NCBI GenBank assembly: GCA_907165135.1 | Contig: OU015569.1 | Location: 10,044,001-10,108,000, forward strand | Source of the DNA: Oikopleura dioica | Lineage: Eukaryota > Animalia > Chordata | Direction of reading: 5' to 3' | DNA: 64,000 nt | Shown here: piece after piece, positions 33,162-43,382 of the stretch | Numbering within the stretch: the first letter of the stretch is position 1 | Layout: every line of letters starts with the position of its first letter | Notes under the pieces: model-generated | What the model was told of the DNA's origin: nothing | What the model saw: only the letters and a program-made list of their open reading frames with translations | The model's database searches: none | Translations under genes and position numbers: made by a program

Positions 33162-33523
33162 TCTCTTGTTGTAATCTGGATCTGCAGAGAAAATTGTTGG
33201 ACAACGTGTTCACTTTCTAAGTCGATTGAAAATGTCGTATCCCGCCAGTTATATACGTTTAAAGGGAAGAAAAGGGAGCGTTGGTCGGAAAAATGGCACC
33301 ACCTATCGTTTGGACGGATTTGACCCATCATGAGCGTATTCGGTTCTCCATAGCAAGAAGCAATTGAGTTACACGTTATGAAAGCAATGCCAACGTCACG
33401 TGGAGTGGTCATAAGATTACAGACAGCGCTTACAATTTGAACACAGTATTCTTCGTTGTTATCAAATAAAATTTCAGGGACTTTTAGTTCCTTGCTTCTT
33501 GTTCCGAAAAGATTCAATATCAT
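33158..33523 (-). CDS. Probable minor capsid protein (penton, single jelly-roll), minimal 121 aa
   Basis: First ATG is 33523 (the ORF track starts at TTG 33589). Beta-strand-rich pattern LKVPEILF...YCVQIVS...AFITCNSI...LFFPL...TFSIDL...FSLQIQI. Located in the morphogenesis module. Confidence 0.55.
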   Translation of the reverse strand: MILNLFGTRSKELKVPEILFDNNEEYCVQIVSAVCNLMTTPRDVGIAFITCNSIASCYGEPNTLMMGQIRPNDRWCHFSDQRSLFFPLNVYNWRDTTFSIDLESEHVVQQFSLQIQITTRE

Positions 33524-34790
33524 TGGCGACAAGATTGAGTTCGAAATAATACTTGATTCGAGGTTGACGATTTCCTTCTTCGTCAGCAATTTTATACCAA
33601 ACTATACCAGCTCTTTGACGGATGTCCGTGATGATGTAAACTTCGTCTGACCAATTTTGCGTGTATCCTTTTTCGAAAAGTTCTTTTTTCTTTTTTACTC
33701 TCACAACGTTGCCAACTTTTAGTCTGGGCTTGACTTTTAAGTCAATGTCGGGATATAGTCGAGTGAAAACCTGTGCTCTATTTTTTGATGAGACTTGGTT
33801 TGGAGCCATGCCAATTGAACGATGAGGAGTTGAATTATATCCTTTTGTTATAGCCGGAAGAACATCGATCCAAGTTTTAGTCCTGTTTCTTTTCATGAAA
33901 AGATGTATACGTTTTCTGAAAGTTTGAATCGCACGTTCTGCTATCGCTGCCTTCATTTTACTTTTGATACTATAGTGATGCAGTCCATATCGATCCAGAA
34001 TTTTGCGCACATTTGAGTTGTAGAATTCCAGACCTTCATCTGTAATCAAAGAATTCGGCCACTCAATAAAATCTTGAAATATGTCGTTGAGAGCGTTTGC
34101 CACATCCTTCCCAGATTTGGTTTTGAGAGGTCTTGTCCAAACATAACGTGAAAAACAGTCGATAATGAGAAGAATAAAAACGTGATGTCGATTAGAGTAT
34201 TTGAATTTTTGGTAGTCAATAAGATCACCCTGGAATATTTTGAATGCAGTGTCAACAATAAATCGTCGACGAGGAAATCGCTTTTTGGATATGCGACGAT
34301 GAGTACTAGACACTTTATTCTTCCGGAGAAATTCCGCTACTTTCGCTGAGAATGCTGGAGCGCTTGCCACGTTTTCGTACAGGGCTTGAATCTGATCCTC
34401 CAGAGCTGACTTCTTCGGAGGTTGGACTTTCGGATGAGCTTGAATTTCTTCTTCGCTTCGATTTTTTTGATTTTGAATCGACTTCGTCTGAGCTGATGTT
34501 TTCGCTATCTGATTCGCTTGAGGTTGAAGGACGTCTTCGCTTACTCTTTTTTGATTTTGATTTCTCTTCCTCGTCGGTTTCCGAAGACGCTTCGCTTGAG
34601 GTTGAATGTCGTCTTCGCTTCTTTGCTTTCCTTTTTGATTTCTTGTCGTTACTCGACTTCTTGTTTCGCTTTCTGGATCTTGACCTTTCAACCTCCGACT
34701 CTGACGAGTCTTCGGTAAAACTGTCGCATCTGATCTTTGATTTGACTCTTGTTGACTCAATAGTTTTGCACTCCGGGTATTTCTTCTCAT
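33474..34790 (-). CDS. INT: Retroviral-like (rve) DDE integrase, Polinton type (438 aa)
   Basis: FQGDLID...IDCFSRY...ITDEGLEF...AERAIQTF (DDE), YNSTPHRSIGMAP and C-terminal LKVGNVVRV...FEKGY..NWSDEVY. No C-terminal chromodomain is visible. Consistent with the 6-bp TSD. Confidence 0.95.
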   Translation of the reverse strand: MRRNTRSAKLLSQQESNQRSDATVLPKTRQSRRLKGQDPESETRSRVTTRNQKGKQRSEDDIQPQAKRLRKPTRKRNQNQKRVSEDVLQPQANQIAKTSAQTKSIQNQKNRSEEEIQAHPKVQPPKKSALEDQIQALYENVASAPAFSAKVAEFLRKNKVSSTHRRISKKRFPRRRFIVDTAFKIFQGDLIDYQKFKYSNRHHVFILLIIDCFSRYVWTRPLKTKSGKDVANALNDIFQDFIEWPNSLITDEGLEFYNSNVRKILDRYGLHHYSIKSKMKAAIAERAIQTFRKRIHLFMKRNRTKTWIDVLPAITKGYNSTPHRSIGMAPNQVSSKNRAQVFTRLYPDIDLKVKPRLKVGNVVRVKKKKELFEKGYTQNWSDEVYIITDIRQRAGIVWYKIADEEGNRQPRIKYYFELNLVANDIESFRNKKQGTKSP

Positions 34791-35540
34791 GTTTCTTTTC
34801 GACTGCTTCGAAAGTATTGTCTCTGGCGATAATATCGAAATTCTGCTTGAAATCGTTGTATGGTACGATGCAGGCCTTCATTCCGCTAACTGAGAAAACA
34901 ACCGGATAATCGGTGAATATATCTGTATAGAGACGATAGCTCGAGGCATGGCCTCGGGGTGATTGATCCAGAAACATGTACGGATATTGTTTGTTCTTGT
35001 TTTCTTCCGTTGCTCTTTTGTAAGCTTTTAGAAGTCCAGCTTGACTACATGCACGTTTATTAACTGTCCCATCAAGACAGTTTCTGCATAGAAAGGTAGC
35101 GTTGCAGTTGAGCTTGATGTTTCTCCCGAATTTTCCTTGAGCATAGTTATTTTGCGTCATTATCATCACATTTAAATTCCGCTTCCCACTTGTCACTCGA
35201 AACAGATGATCGATCGCTTGACTTTGAATCGCTTCTTCATATAAATCATCGAGTACAATTGTTGAATGTGACGGAATCTCGTCAATTTCCTCTTGAGAAG
35301 GAAGTCCAACCCTGTAGCTTACAGGGACACAAAGATCATCCCACTTCACTGGTTTTTCTTCCAAAAACAAGGATAATAATAGAAAACTCGTTTAGTCTTC
35401 TTTTGAAATAGATGTCTGTTCAAAAGAACTTGTTTTGCGATATAAGTTTTTCCTGCTCCAGAAGATCCACTGAGCAAAATACGAAAAGGATATGTGAAGG
35501 TTGCGTCTGGTAGAAGTTCTCCATTGATAACGGTGCTCAT
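34315..35540 (-). CDS. ATP: Genome-packaging ATPase (FtsK/HerA-A32 family), with an apparent 1-nt frameshift at a T5 run near 35363-35367
   Basis: Walker A GSSGAGKT is in ORF 35346-35540. Walker B IVLDDL and MIMTQN are in ORF 34315-35370. One extra T in TGTTTTTGG would fuse YYYPC-F-LEEKPVKW. Long S/K/R/E low-complexity tail. Confidence 0.88.
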
Positions 35541-35764
35541 TTCTCTTTTGCTTCAATTTTCTTTTGCTCATCCTTTTTATTTATCAAAAGAAAGCATTGG
35601 ATCGGAACTGAAAATAATCAAATCTTAAATTTTATTCTCATATCGTAACGGATACACAACGGAAGTTGTTGATGACATATTAATAAACACTGAACTTCCG
35701 AGTTTATATTTATAAATACCGGAAATAAGTATTTATTCACCATCGAAGACTCGATGGCGAGAAC

Positions 35765-37490
35765 ATGGAGGTGGACCCCGGTCATGAGTCCGACGGCGAG
35801 CTTCCTGACGAGGGGCCAATTGAGGACCCTCTTGTTCCTCCTGAGGACGAAGATGACGAGGCCGAGGACGACGATGTTCGTGAGGTCATCGACGATCGTG
35901 AGGACGACGACGTTCATGAGGTCGTCGAGGAACCCATCGAAGTCGCCCCCTGGGATCTAGTTGACCCCGACTTTTTGTCAAACAAGCACCTTGCGGATCG
36001 AGGATTCATAAATAAGGGAGAGAAAGCCGGCGAAGCGGAGCATCTTGCTTACTCTACGTGTTGGTTGTCTGCAGCCGGTATGTGTATCTTTGTTCGAAAT
36101 TTGCGAACGCCGTTCGTAATCTTGTGAACGCCGTTCGCAACGGAGAAAATCTTACCATGAGTGTTCGTTTCAAGCATTTTCTGGTATAAAACTCATTTGG
36201 TTGACAGGAGCAGTGTTTCTCTAGCGCTCGGACACGTGATGAAAAAAGTTGTGAACGATTATTGGTCAAAATTTTCTCCTTGTGAACGGTGTTTACAAGA
36301 TAACGAACGGCGTTCGCAAGTTGTGAACGAAGCCGCTTGCTCCCTTAAAAATAACTGAACTCGTATTTAAGTGAATCTTCTTCTCATTGCAGGCTGTATT
36401 CGAAAGCTGAAGCCGGCCAACTGTCTCATCGCAGAGATGCAAAAACTGACATTTGTCAACAGTAAGTCTTTTTTTTTTATTCCGCGACGCATATTTAACA
36501 ACCTGCTAAGCGGTTCAAGCACTCGATGATGTCGTCAAGGAAACAAAAAGGTTACTCTGGGAGAGCGGTTTTAGATGGACTAAAACTGGACTCGGAGTAA
36601 CCGAAGGTCTACGAGGGTTATTGAAAAATTTTTCCGAAAGGTGTGGTTCATTAATAAAAATATCTTAATCAAATTCTCAATATGAAATCTTTTATCGTTA
36701 GAAGAAAGATTCTTAATCAAATGAACAATGAGTATTTTTTCAAATAAGAACCCCAAATAAGTGACGGTGAAAATAAGCAGAAGATCTTGGAAGATTTTCG
36801 TTGTTGCGAGTCTTGCATGGTAATTCGCCCTTTTTTTTTTCTTGTTCTAAGATTTTTAGGAGCCCTTCTTCTGTGAAATTTTCATTGAAGACGCCTTGGA
36901 CAGCAAAGATATAAATTTGCAAGAAATAGTCGCGAAGGGAGAATGCCTCCTGTGTGGCAATGAGGAAATACGACCGGCAGAATATTTATTCCTTGTCGTG
37001 AACGGAAGGAAACGCATGAGATATATATATATATTTTTTTTTTTTGCAAATATGAACGCTTATATAATATGCCAAAAAGATATTTTGAGGAGAATGGACG
37101 ATGGGTGCAGCGAAAAGATGTGGTGAAGGGCGATTCAATTCGCCTGATGGGTCATGATTACAAAATGATTGGTAAGAGAGATTATATATTCGGAACATTT
37201 TTATTGATTTAGCAAAAAGCACGTATAAAATGCAAAAAAATCAGGAAGCTCACACTTATGTTGACTTCCAGGTGGGCTTAAAATAATATCGCACGAGTTT
37301 TATCTTCATAGCCTTCTTTATTATTTTTACGTGAAATTATTCAAGCCAACATAAGAAAAAAAAGGAAAAAAGAGCGCGAAAACTTCTGGCTCGAAGACTG
37401 GATGACTATCTCCGCTCGACGGACGTCACGTGGGAGCCATCTTCTGAGGATCACGTCCTACTACTCTCCCGAGCGCGAATTCAAGATTGA
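35765..37490 (+). CDS. Polinton right-end gene: acidic N-terminus, CLLC motif, basic C-terminal segment; unknown function (303 aa, 7 exons)
   Basis: Exons 35765-36077, 36393-36461, 36511-36640, 36904-37017, 37080-37171, 37213-37271, 37356-37490 give one phase-consistent frame. Intron 37018-37079 requires a GA donor. Confidence 0.6.
36092..36328. mobile_element. MITE-like inverted-repeat insert within intron 1 of the right-end gene
   Basis: 36092-36150 and 36271-36328 are imperfect inverted repeats built of GAACGCCGTTCG units. They expand the intron to 315 nt. No clear TSD. Confidence 0.65.
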
Positions 37491-37645
37491 GAGATTTATT
37501 TTTATATTTACTTATTTGGTGACTGAAGTTTTTATCTAAATATTTATTTATTTGGTGACTGAAGTTTTTATCTAAATATTTATTTGTTTATAATAAATTA
37601 TATATTTTCACTTATAATAAAACAAGACTGATTTAAACCGGAAGT

Positions 37646-37767
37646 GCACCGGAAGGTCACCGGATGTTATTCTTTTCCGGAAGTTTACCGGAAGAGAATA
37701 ACATCCGGTGACCTTCCGGTGTTTATATTAGTGTCCTAGTAGTCGGCTTAAATAGATAATTACGACG
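37646..37767 (-). repeat. Right terminal inverted repeat (122 bp)
   Basis: Reverse complement of 12477-12598 with one mismatch. Confidence 0.97.
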
Positions 37768-37773
37768 TCGCAT
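37768..37773 (+). repeat. Right 6-bp target-site duplication (TCGCAT)
   Basis: Identical to 12471-12476. Confidence 0.95.
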
Positions 37774-40700
37774 TATTATCATTTCCCCGCCGAAATTAGC
37801 GTTAATTTGGATTTTACTGGGAACTGAGATTGTGCCTCTAAAATCACGGATAGAGAAAGTAGATTACGAAACCGTTAAAAACGCTTCTGACAACGATAAG
37901 CTGCGAAAATCTGCACTCCAAAATCTGAATCGCGCCGCAAACTCGCCCGAGCATACGAATTAAAAACCCCTAATCGCTCTCGATTCAGAATTGAAGAATT
38001 CAGAAAGTACGATGATTCTCCTCGCTGCGCCAAGGTTAAAAAAAGGAAAATACAATTTTTCCTGCATTTGTAGGAAGCGCGCACTAGGATGAAATTACGA
38101 CGTCGTTGCGGCGAAGCGGCCGTCATTTCCCTCTAAAGTTGAAAAATAAGCACGCTCAAGCAAAGCCTTTCATTTTCGGACAAGAAGCAACAACGGCCTC
38201 TAGAACCATTTCAACGCTCGTTTCGCAATGTTCCCTTTCCATTCCCTTTCCATCCATTCTATCCATCAGGTGCAGAGGGCTACTAGGTTCGCCGAGCTAG
38301 CGAAATTCAAGTTATCGGAAGTGCGCAGATGTTGTTTGGTCGAATAAATGCTCGCACAGAACGTGCACTTCACTTCGCCTTTCTCCGAAACCTCTCTTTT
38401 TGCGTCATTCAGAAGGGATTTACCTTTTCGCGCAAAGTCGACGCTCAACCTCCGGATCGCCAATTGATCAAATCATAAAACAACAGAAAGAAGCTCCTGC
38501 GTCCGAAATTCGCCCGAAACTCAGCACTCGGCAAGAATTGTTGTTTTGAGAAGAGGTTGGCTAAATTTCAATTTCAAAAAATATATTGCGGCGGCTTAGC
38601 CTCACCCAAAGAACACAAATACTGCAACGGCTCTAAGAGCAATTTCTATTTTGCATTTTACATTTGAAGAAATTCATTTACATTGGCGCTTTGTTAAACA
38701 TAAGTCAAGTCCTTTTTTCCGATCGTTTCGGAAAAAAAGAGAGCTTTGACGCAATTGTTATATTTCGGTCAGCTTCGGCGTAAAATGTGAGTGGTGATAG
38801 CGGGAGTGATAAACGCCGCACGCGTTTATTTTCTGATCAAGTTTGGAAAGGTGCAGATTGAGCAGTGACACGTTAGAGGTTCCAACAGGCCTCTTTTTCC
38901 GTCCAATTCGTGTTTTCCCTTTCTTGCCTGAATGTAACCATAATCTCCCTTTACGTTCTTCGATTTTATAAGTTAGGAAAGGCGAATGAAACGTGAGTGC
39001 CTTCCTGGAACTCGTCGCCACAAGGACTACTTTCTATTTTTGGCCGGTTTGAATGGGGCACACAAGATGGTCGAAGTACCCGAGAGATTTTAGAATGCGC
39101 GGCGTTGACCACCCTCAGCTTTATTGACAGGAACAACAACTGATATTTGGAAATTATGTTGGCGCTCGATCGGAAGCCGCTCCAAAATGCAGTTGCGAAA
39201 GATTGGAATTGCATCAACTCAATTCAACTAAGAGCGCGAAAAACGAGTAATTTTGAAAATTTGCTTCTAATTTCTTTATCAAGCGGCGATTTACAAGAGA
39301 CGACACGGGAGCGTCATTCTAATCGGGAAGTGTTCCGAAGTCGATCGTCCTGATACTGGCGCACAACTAGCTCACTTCCGCGCTTCACTTTTTTAACTCA
39401 ATCGAGCGCGTGAAAGTCTATTTTCGAAAACTGAGCGGGACAAGCTCTCGAACACGTTTTTCTTGTGGCACCTTTCAAGCTAATCCAAGCTCGTCGCGCT
39501 AAATTTGCATTTTACGAATTCGCACTTTTCCGCTCGCGCATAATATAATTCCGAATCAAAATTACATCTCTGTATTTCTCGCTCTCTTTCTTTGTTTTTC
39601 TAAAGTCGCTAAGTGAAGTTCCTTGGCGCGGGCTGGAATTTTGTAATTTGGAAAAGAGCTCGAACGGCCGCTAATGCGCAGGCTCGGGCAATCCCCGCAG
39701 CCAGCAATTTGTTAGGAACCAAATTCAAGGCACTGACGCGAAATAAAGAGCGGAAACGGATCGACTTACTTATTGAAGACAACCCGCCGTGAGACAGTAT
39801 TTAAGGACTGTAGCGATCCAATTTGAGGAAGTTCTAAAGAACTGACGGGGCGAAATTATGCGTTAACTTTTGCTTAAGTGCGGCTTTGAACTATTATTGA
39901 ATAAGCCCAGAACTTTGTGAAATCAGTTTTGGGTCAGTTGCACTTTCGGGTTTGGTTTCTGCCCCTCCGCAAACTGTTCAAGCAGTTTCGCGAAAACAGC
40001 ATCGCGTGATCATGCGATTCCATTGGCAGAAAAGGCGTTCTTGTCTATGTTTCTTAGAGTTGTTAAATGGCGGTGTTTGCCGAGATTAAAAACGCAGCTG
40101 GCACGAGATTCGGCAGGTGCCGCATCTCGAGCTATGATCGAAGTCTTAAGGGCACAAGAATATAAGCTCTGTAAATATCGCCAAGCATAAGAAACGCGGC
40201 TTGCCTTTCATGTCAAAGCTCGACTTGCTCACCCAAGATATCTTGCCTGCTCTTTAGAGTGCCTCTGCATCAAGTCAGAAAGAAAAGAGTCAAGTAGGTT
40301 ATGTTTTTCTGCAGAAGAAATTTATTATTCGGAGACGTATTTACACAAATGGCAGCACGATAAAGATAAAGTATAGTTGCGCGGGTTAAAGGGTTTTCAA
40401 TCTTTCACTCAAAAACGAGTTAATTGTGGCGGCTTAAAAAGCGCAAAATGTCTGTAAGTCACAGAAGCCCGCCCCAATATGCTCGCCATGAGATTTCCTG
40501 CCTTCTAGTGGCAGTTCGAAAAGAACAGGATGGGGGCATATTGGCGACGGCTTCGCTGGGAGCAATTCCAGAAATTTGTTAAAATTTCACGCACTCAACT
40601 GTAGAATTGCTCGCGCCAGTAGAAATTTAAGCGTGTTGGGTGATTTTGGGCGTGGGTGTTGTTCTTTGGAGCACTCCACAAAATAATGCAAATTTTTGGG

Positions 40701-41872
40701 TCGAAAGTACGTAATTACAGTACTTACAATGTTTATCATATAAAAGGACGACCAATAAACTGTGGTTAAGATTTTACACTGAAATGGTAGTAAGAGCCCG
40801 CCTCCGAAACGTCAGAGGCGTTTTTAATGAGAGCATCGCGCCGAGTGACTCGAGAGCGTCCGAACATAGCTTGGCCAGCGTAACACTGCAAATTATAATT
40901 TCGGGGCTGGGCACAAGCCAAGCTGGGGCCCTCGATCGACGCGAGCTCCGAGAACAGAGAGTGTAACTTAAATGATAAAAGTAGTGGTGTCGTTCGTAGG
41001 TTCGATAGGCGCGAGTCACTTTGCAATGAGCCGCAGCGAGTTATAATAATTAATGGTCAGAAAATTAAATAGGTTTTGGGTTTGAACTTAGAAGAAGGCA
41101 TTGACGGACCGGCTATTGAGCAGTAAATTGGTTCACACGGACGATGTTGAATTCATCATTCTAAAGAAAGAGTCAGTTTTTTCTTGTTGTGTTTCAGGCG
41201 AACTGATTACGAATTATTCCCCCAGGTGGATTTACACAGTGAATCCAACCGCGGTATTCCTAAGTCGCCTTTGCGGAGTTGATGCGATTTTCGCACTTTT
41301 GAATATTCAGAATACCCCGCGCGCGCAGAAACAACCCCGAAATTTCAATTCAACTTGCTTATGCTTCTTGCAATTTGTATTCTAACTTGGAATTTTCCCT
41401 CAATTACGTGCTGACAACTGTTGAATTTCCAACTACTCGCCATCGTATATCACGTGACATCGCTGTTTCCGCTTTCGAGCTCTTTCACATACAGCTCATC
41501 GAGAGCCGAAATAAACGAGAAAACAAGGCATTATCGAAATTGTATGTACGAGCGTAAGATATCTCGTTTCATACGGCCTCGCGCCACGGTGGTTATTTTT
41601 ACATTATGGTGCGCTTGTCAGTGCGAATCGGCTTAGCCTTGCTGCTGTCAGAGCTTACGTTTCCAGCTGCACTATTATCACGACTTCAAACTGTCGGTAA
41701 ATTAAATTTTCTATCAATCTTAATGCCCGGTAGCTAGTTGGCTGTGTTTTTTCAAGCGACGTCGGATTATTCGATTTTTTTTCAAAATGCGCGCAAAGTA
41801 CTTACACTAGCAAGTATGAGCATCTCGCGTGGGCATGGGTGAAACGAGGAGTAGGGTCGGTTGAAAGTGAGC

Positions 41873-43382
41873 TTATTCGCAGTCGGCATCGTTGTAGCCT
41901 GCGATTTTGCATCTGTAGAGCTTGTCTCCCTTCTTCCAGAGCTTGTCGTTAGCCCATTCTTTGGAGAATCGCTTGTTGATGTACTCTTGGCCGCAGTAGG
42001 CGATGTATCGTTCACTCCAGTTCTTGAAGCCCTTTGCGATCTGTTTCAGCGCCTTGATCGGATCGTCACTGATTCTGAAATTTTATTTGAGTTTCTGTGC
42101 AACCGTCTCGCCTAGGGCTACTAGAACGACAACAGAGCCGTCCTTATCGCTTTTGATAACGCGCTAAATTTCGCCTTATTCGTCATATCAGTGGTCCCTT
42201 ACTGCGTAAAACGTGCTTTTCGGTGTAGGAATGATAGCACTTATTAAGTGGCCTGTAAAACTAAGAAATTAACATATATCTAATGCATTGCAAAAGTTTC
42301 ATCGCCAAAGTTTCAAAATAAGCAGGGATTGTATAATATTTACCTTCCAGCGCCTCGTCGCACTCGGCTATTAGATGTGATGTCGATAAGTTCATCATCA
42401 TCAATTCCTACGTTTCTGAACCATCGCTCGATGTCGAGGATCTTGTTCTGCAAGTCAGTGAGTTCGGTGTTGTGTCGGATGTATCGCCACTCGTCGTGAG
42501 TCATCTGCACTCGCTGGAACTTCTCCTCGAAGGTTCGGGTTCTTCCATCGGAGTCGAGGTCAGGTGTAAGAGAGGGAATTTCAAATTGTCGGACAGTGCG
42601 CTGGTCCTCCTCTTTCTTTGATTGCTTGGCCTCGCTGACGAACTGAAACAAAGATGTCACCAAAGATGACGTGGTCGACGAAGATAACACAATAGTTGCT
42701 TCATTTTCGAAGCTCCCGGCTGCGCCCTTATCATTGATATTGAATTAATATCCCCCCATTTTATTTAGCTCCTTGATGATGCAATGAGCGGCCAGATGAG
42801 TGGCGACTCACGTTCTAATTCGGAAGAAATCACAAAGCTAACAATTTTCTCGCTTATTTCCATTTTTAAAATGCTGATATCTCCGCTTGAATATTTATAT
42901 TTTTGAGCGAGAGTATTGATTAACACCTATGCAGAAGGCGCACACTCTTGGCGCTCTTTATTGTCAAGCACTATCACTTCTACTATTCTTAGAATGCTAT
43001 CTTCGATGCACTTAGTTACTTACAATTTCGTACGGCTGAGGACCGCCATTTGGCACGTTGGGATCGTAGAAACCGCATCGTCTATCTCCATCGGGATTGG
43101 TGCGTTCGAAGAGCTCGAGCATCTTGTCGGACTTATTCTTGATGTTTTCGATGAGCTCGTTGCCTCGTTTCTCCCTAAATTCAGCAGTTGCTACACTACC
43201 TGAGTTGTTGATGATGTTGTTTTCCATCCATGTGATGGCCAAGTTTCTCAATCTCGAGATTCGCTACATCAAAAGTTAAGCTCGAAACGAAAGCTCGATT
43301 GTGGTACCTTGTTGGGGTCTCGCTGGCGAGCAGCCTCCGTGTTGCTCAAAAGAGCTAAATAAAACCAATATCGGCCGGTCAT
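41873..43382 (-). CDS. Secreted Cys-containing protein with CGFYDP..PNGGP and KQI.KGF.NW.ERY..YCGQ segments (multi-exon; middle exons uncertain)
   Basis: Signal-peptide-like MTGRYWFYLALLSNTEAA at 43382. Exons read RCGFYDPNVPNGGPQP, ...RVRRGAG and RISDDPIKALKQIAKGFKNWSERYIAYCGQ...DCE-stop 41873. The resemblance to an Oikopleura-expanded domain is from memory. Confidence 0.6.

Larger units (their letters stand above)
12477..37767. mobile_element. Complete Polinton/Maverick (polintovirus-like endogenous virus), 25,291 bp
   Basis: 122-bp TIRs, 6-bp TSD, and genes for pPolB, rve-type integrase, packaging ATPase, adenain-like protease, major capsid protein and probable penton. This is the defining Polinton gene set. 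Confidence 0.97.

Noticed and set aside
34352-34909. 185-aa plus-strand ORF antisense to ATPase/INT
   Set aside because: Starts at a non-ATG codon and mirrors low-complexity sequence; no independent motif.
35346-35370. Programmed -1 ribosomal frameshift in the ATPase
   Set aside because: There is no canonical X XXY YYZ heptamer, and the same TTTTTGG lesion occurs in host DNPEP, which favours a sequencing artefact. Kept only as an item to verify.
37512-37583. 36-bp tandem duplication near the right TIR
   Set aside because: Two copies in AT-rich 3' UTR-like sequence, not mirrored at the left end; probably a slippage event.
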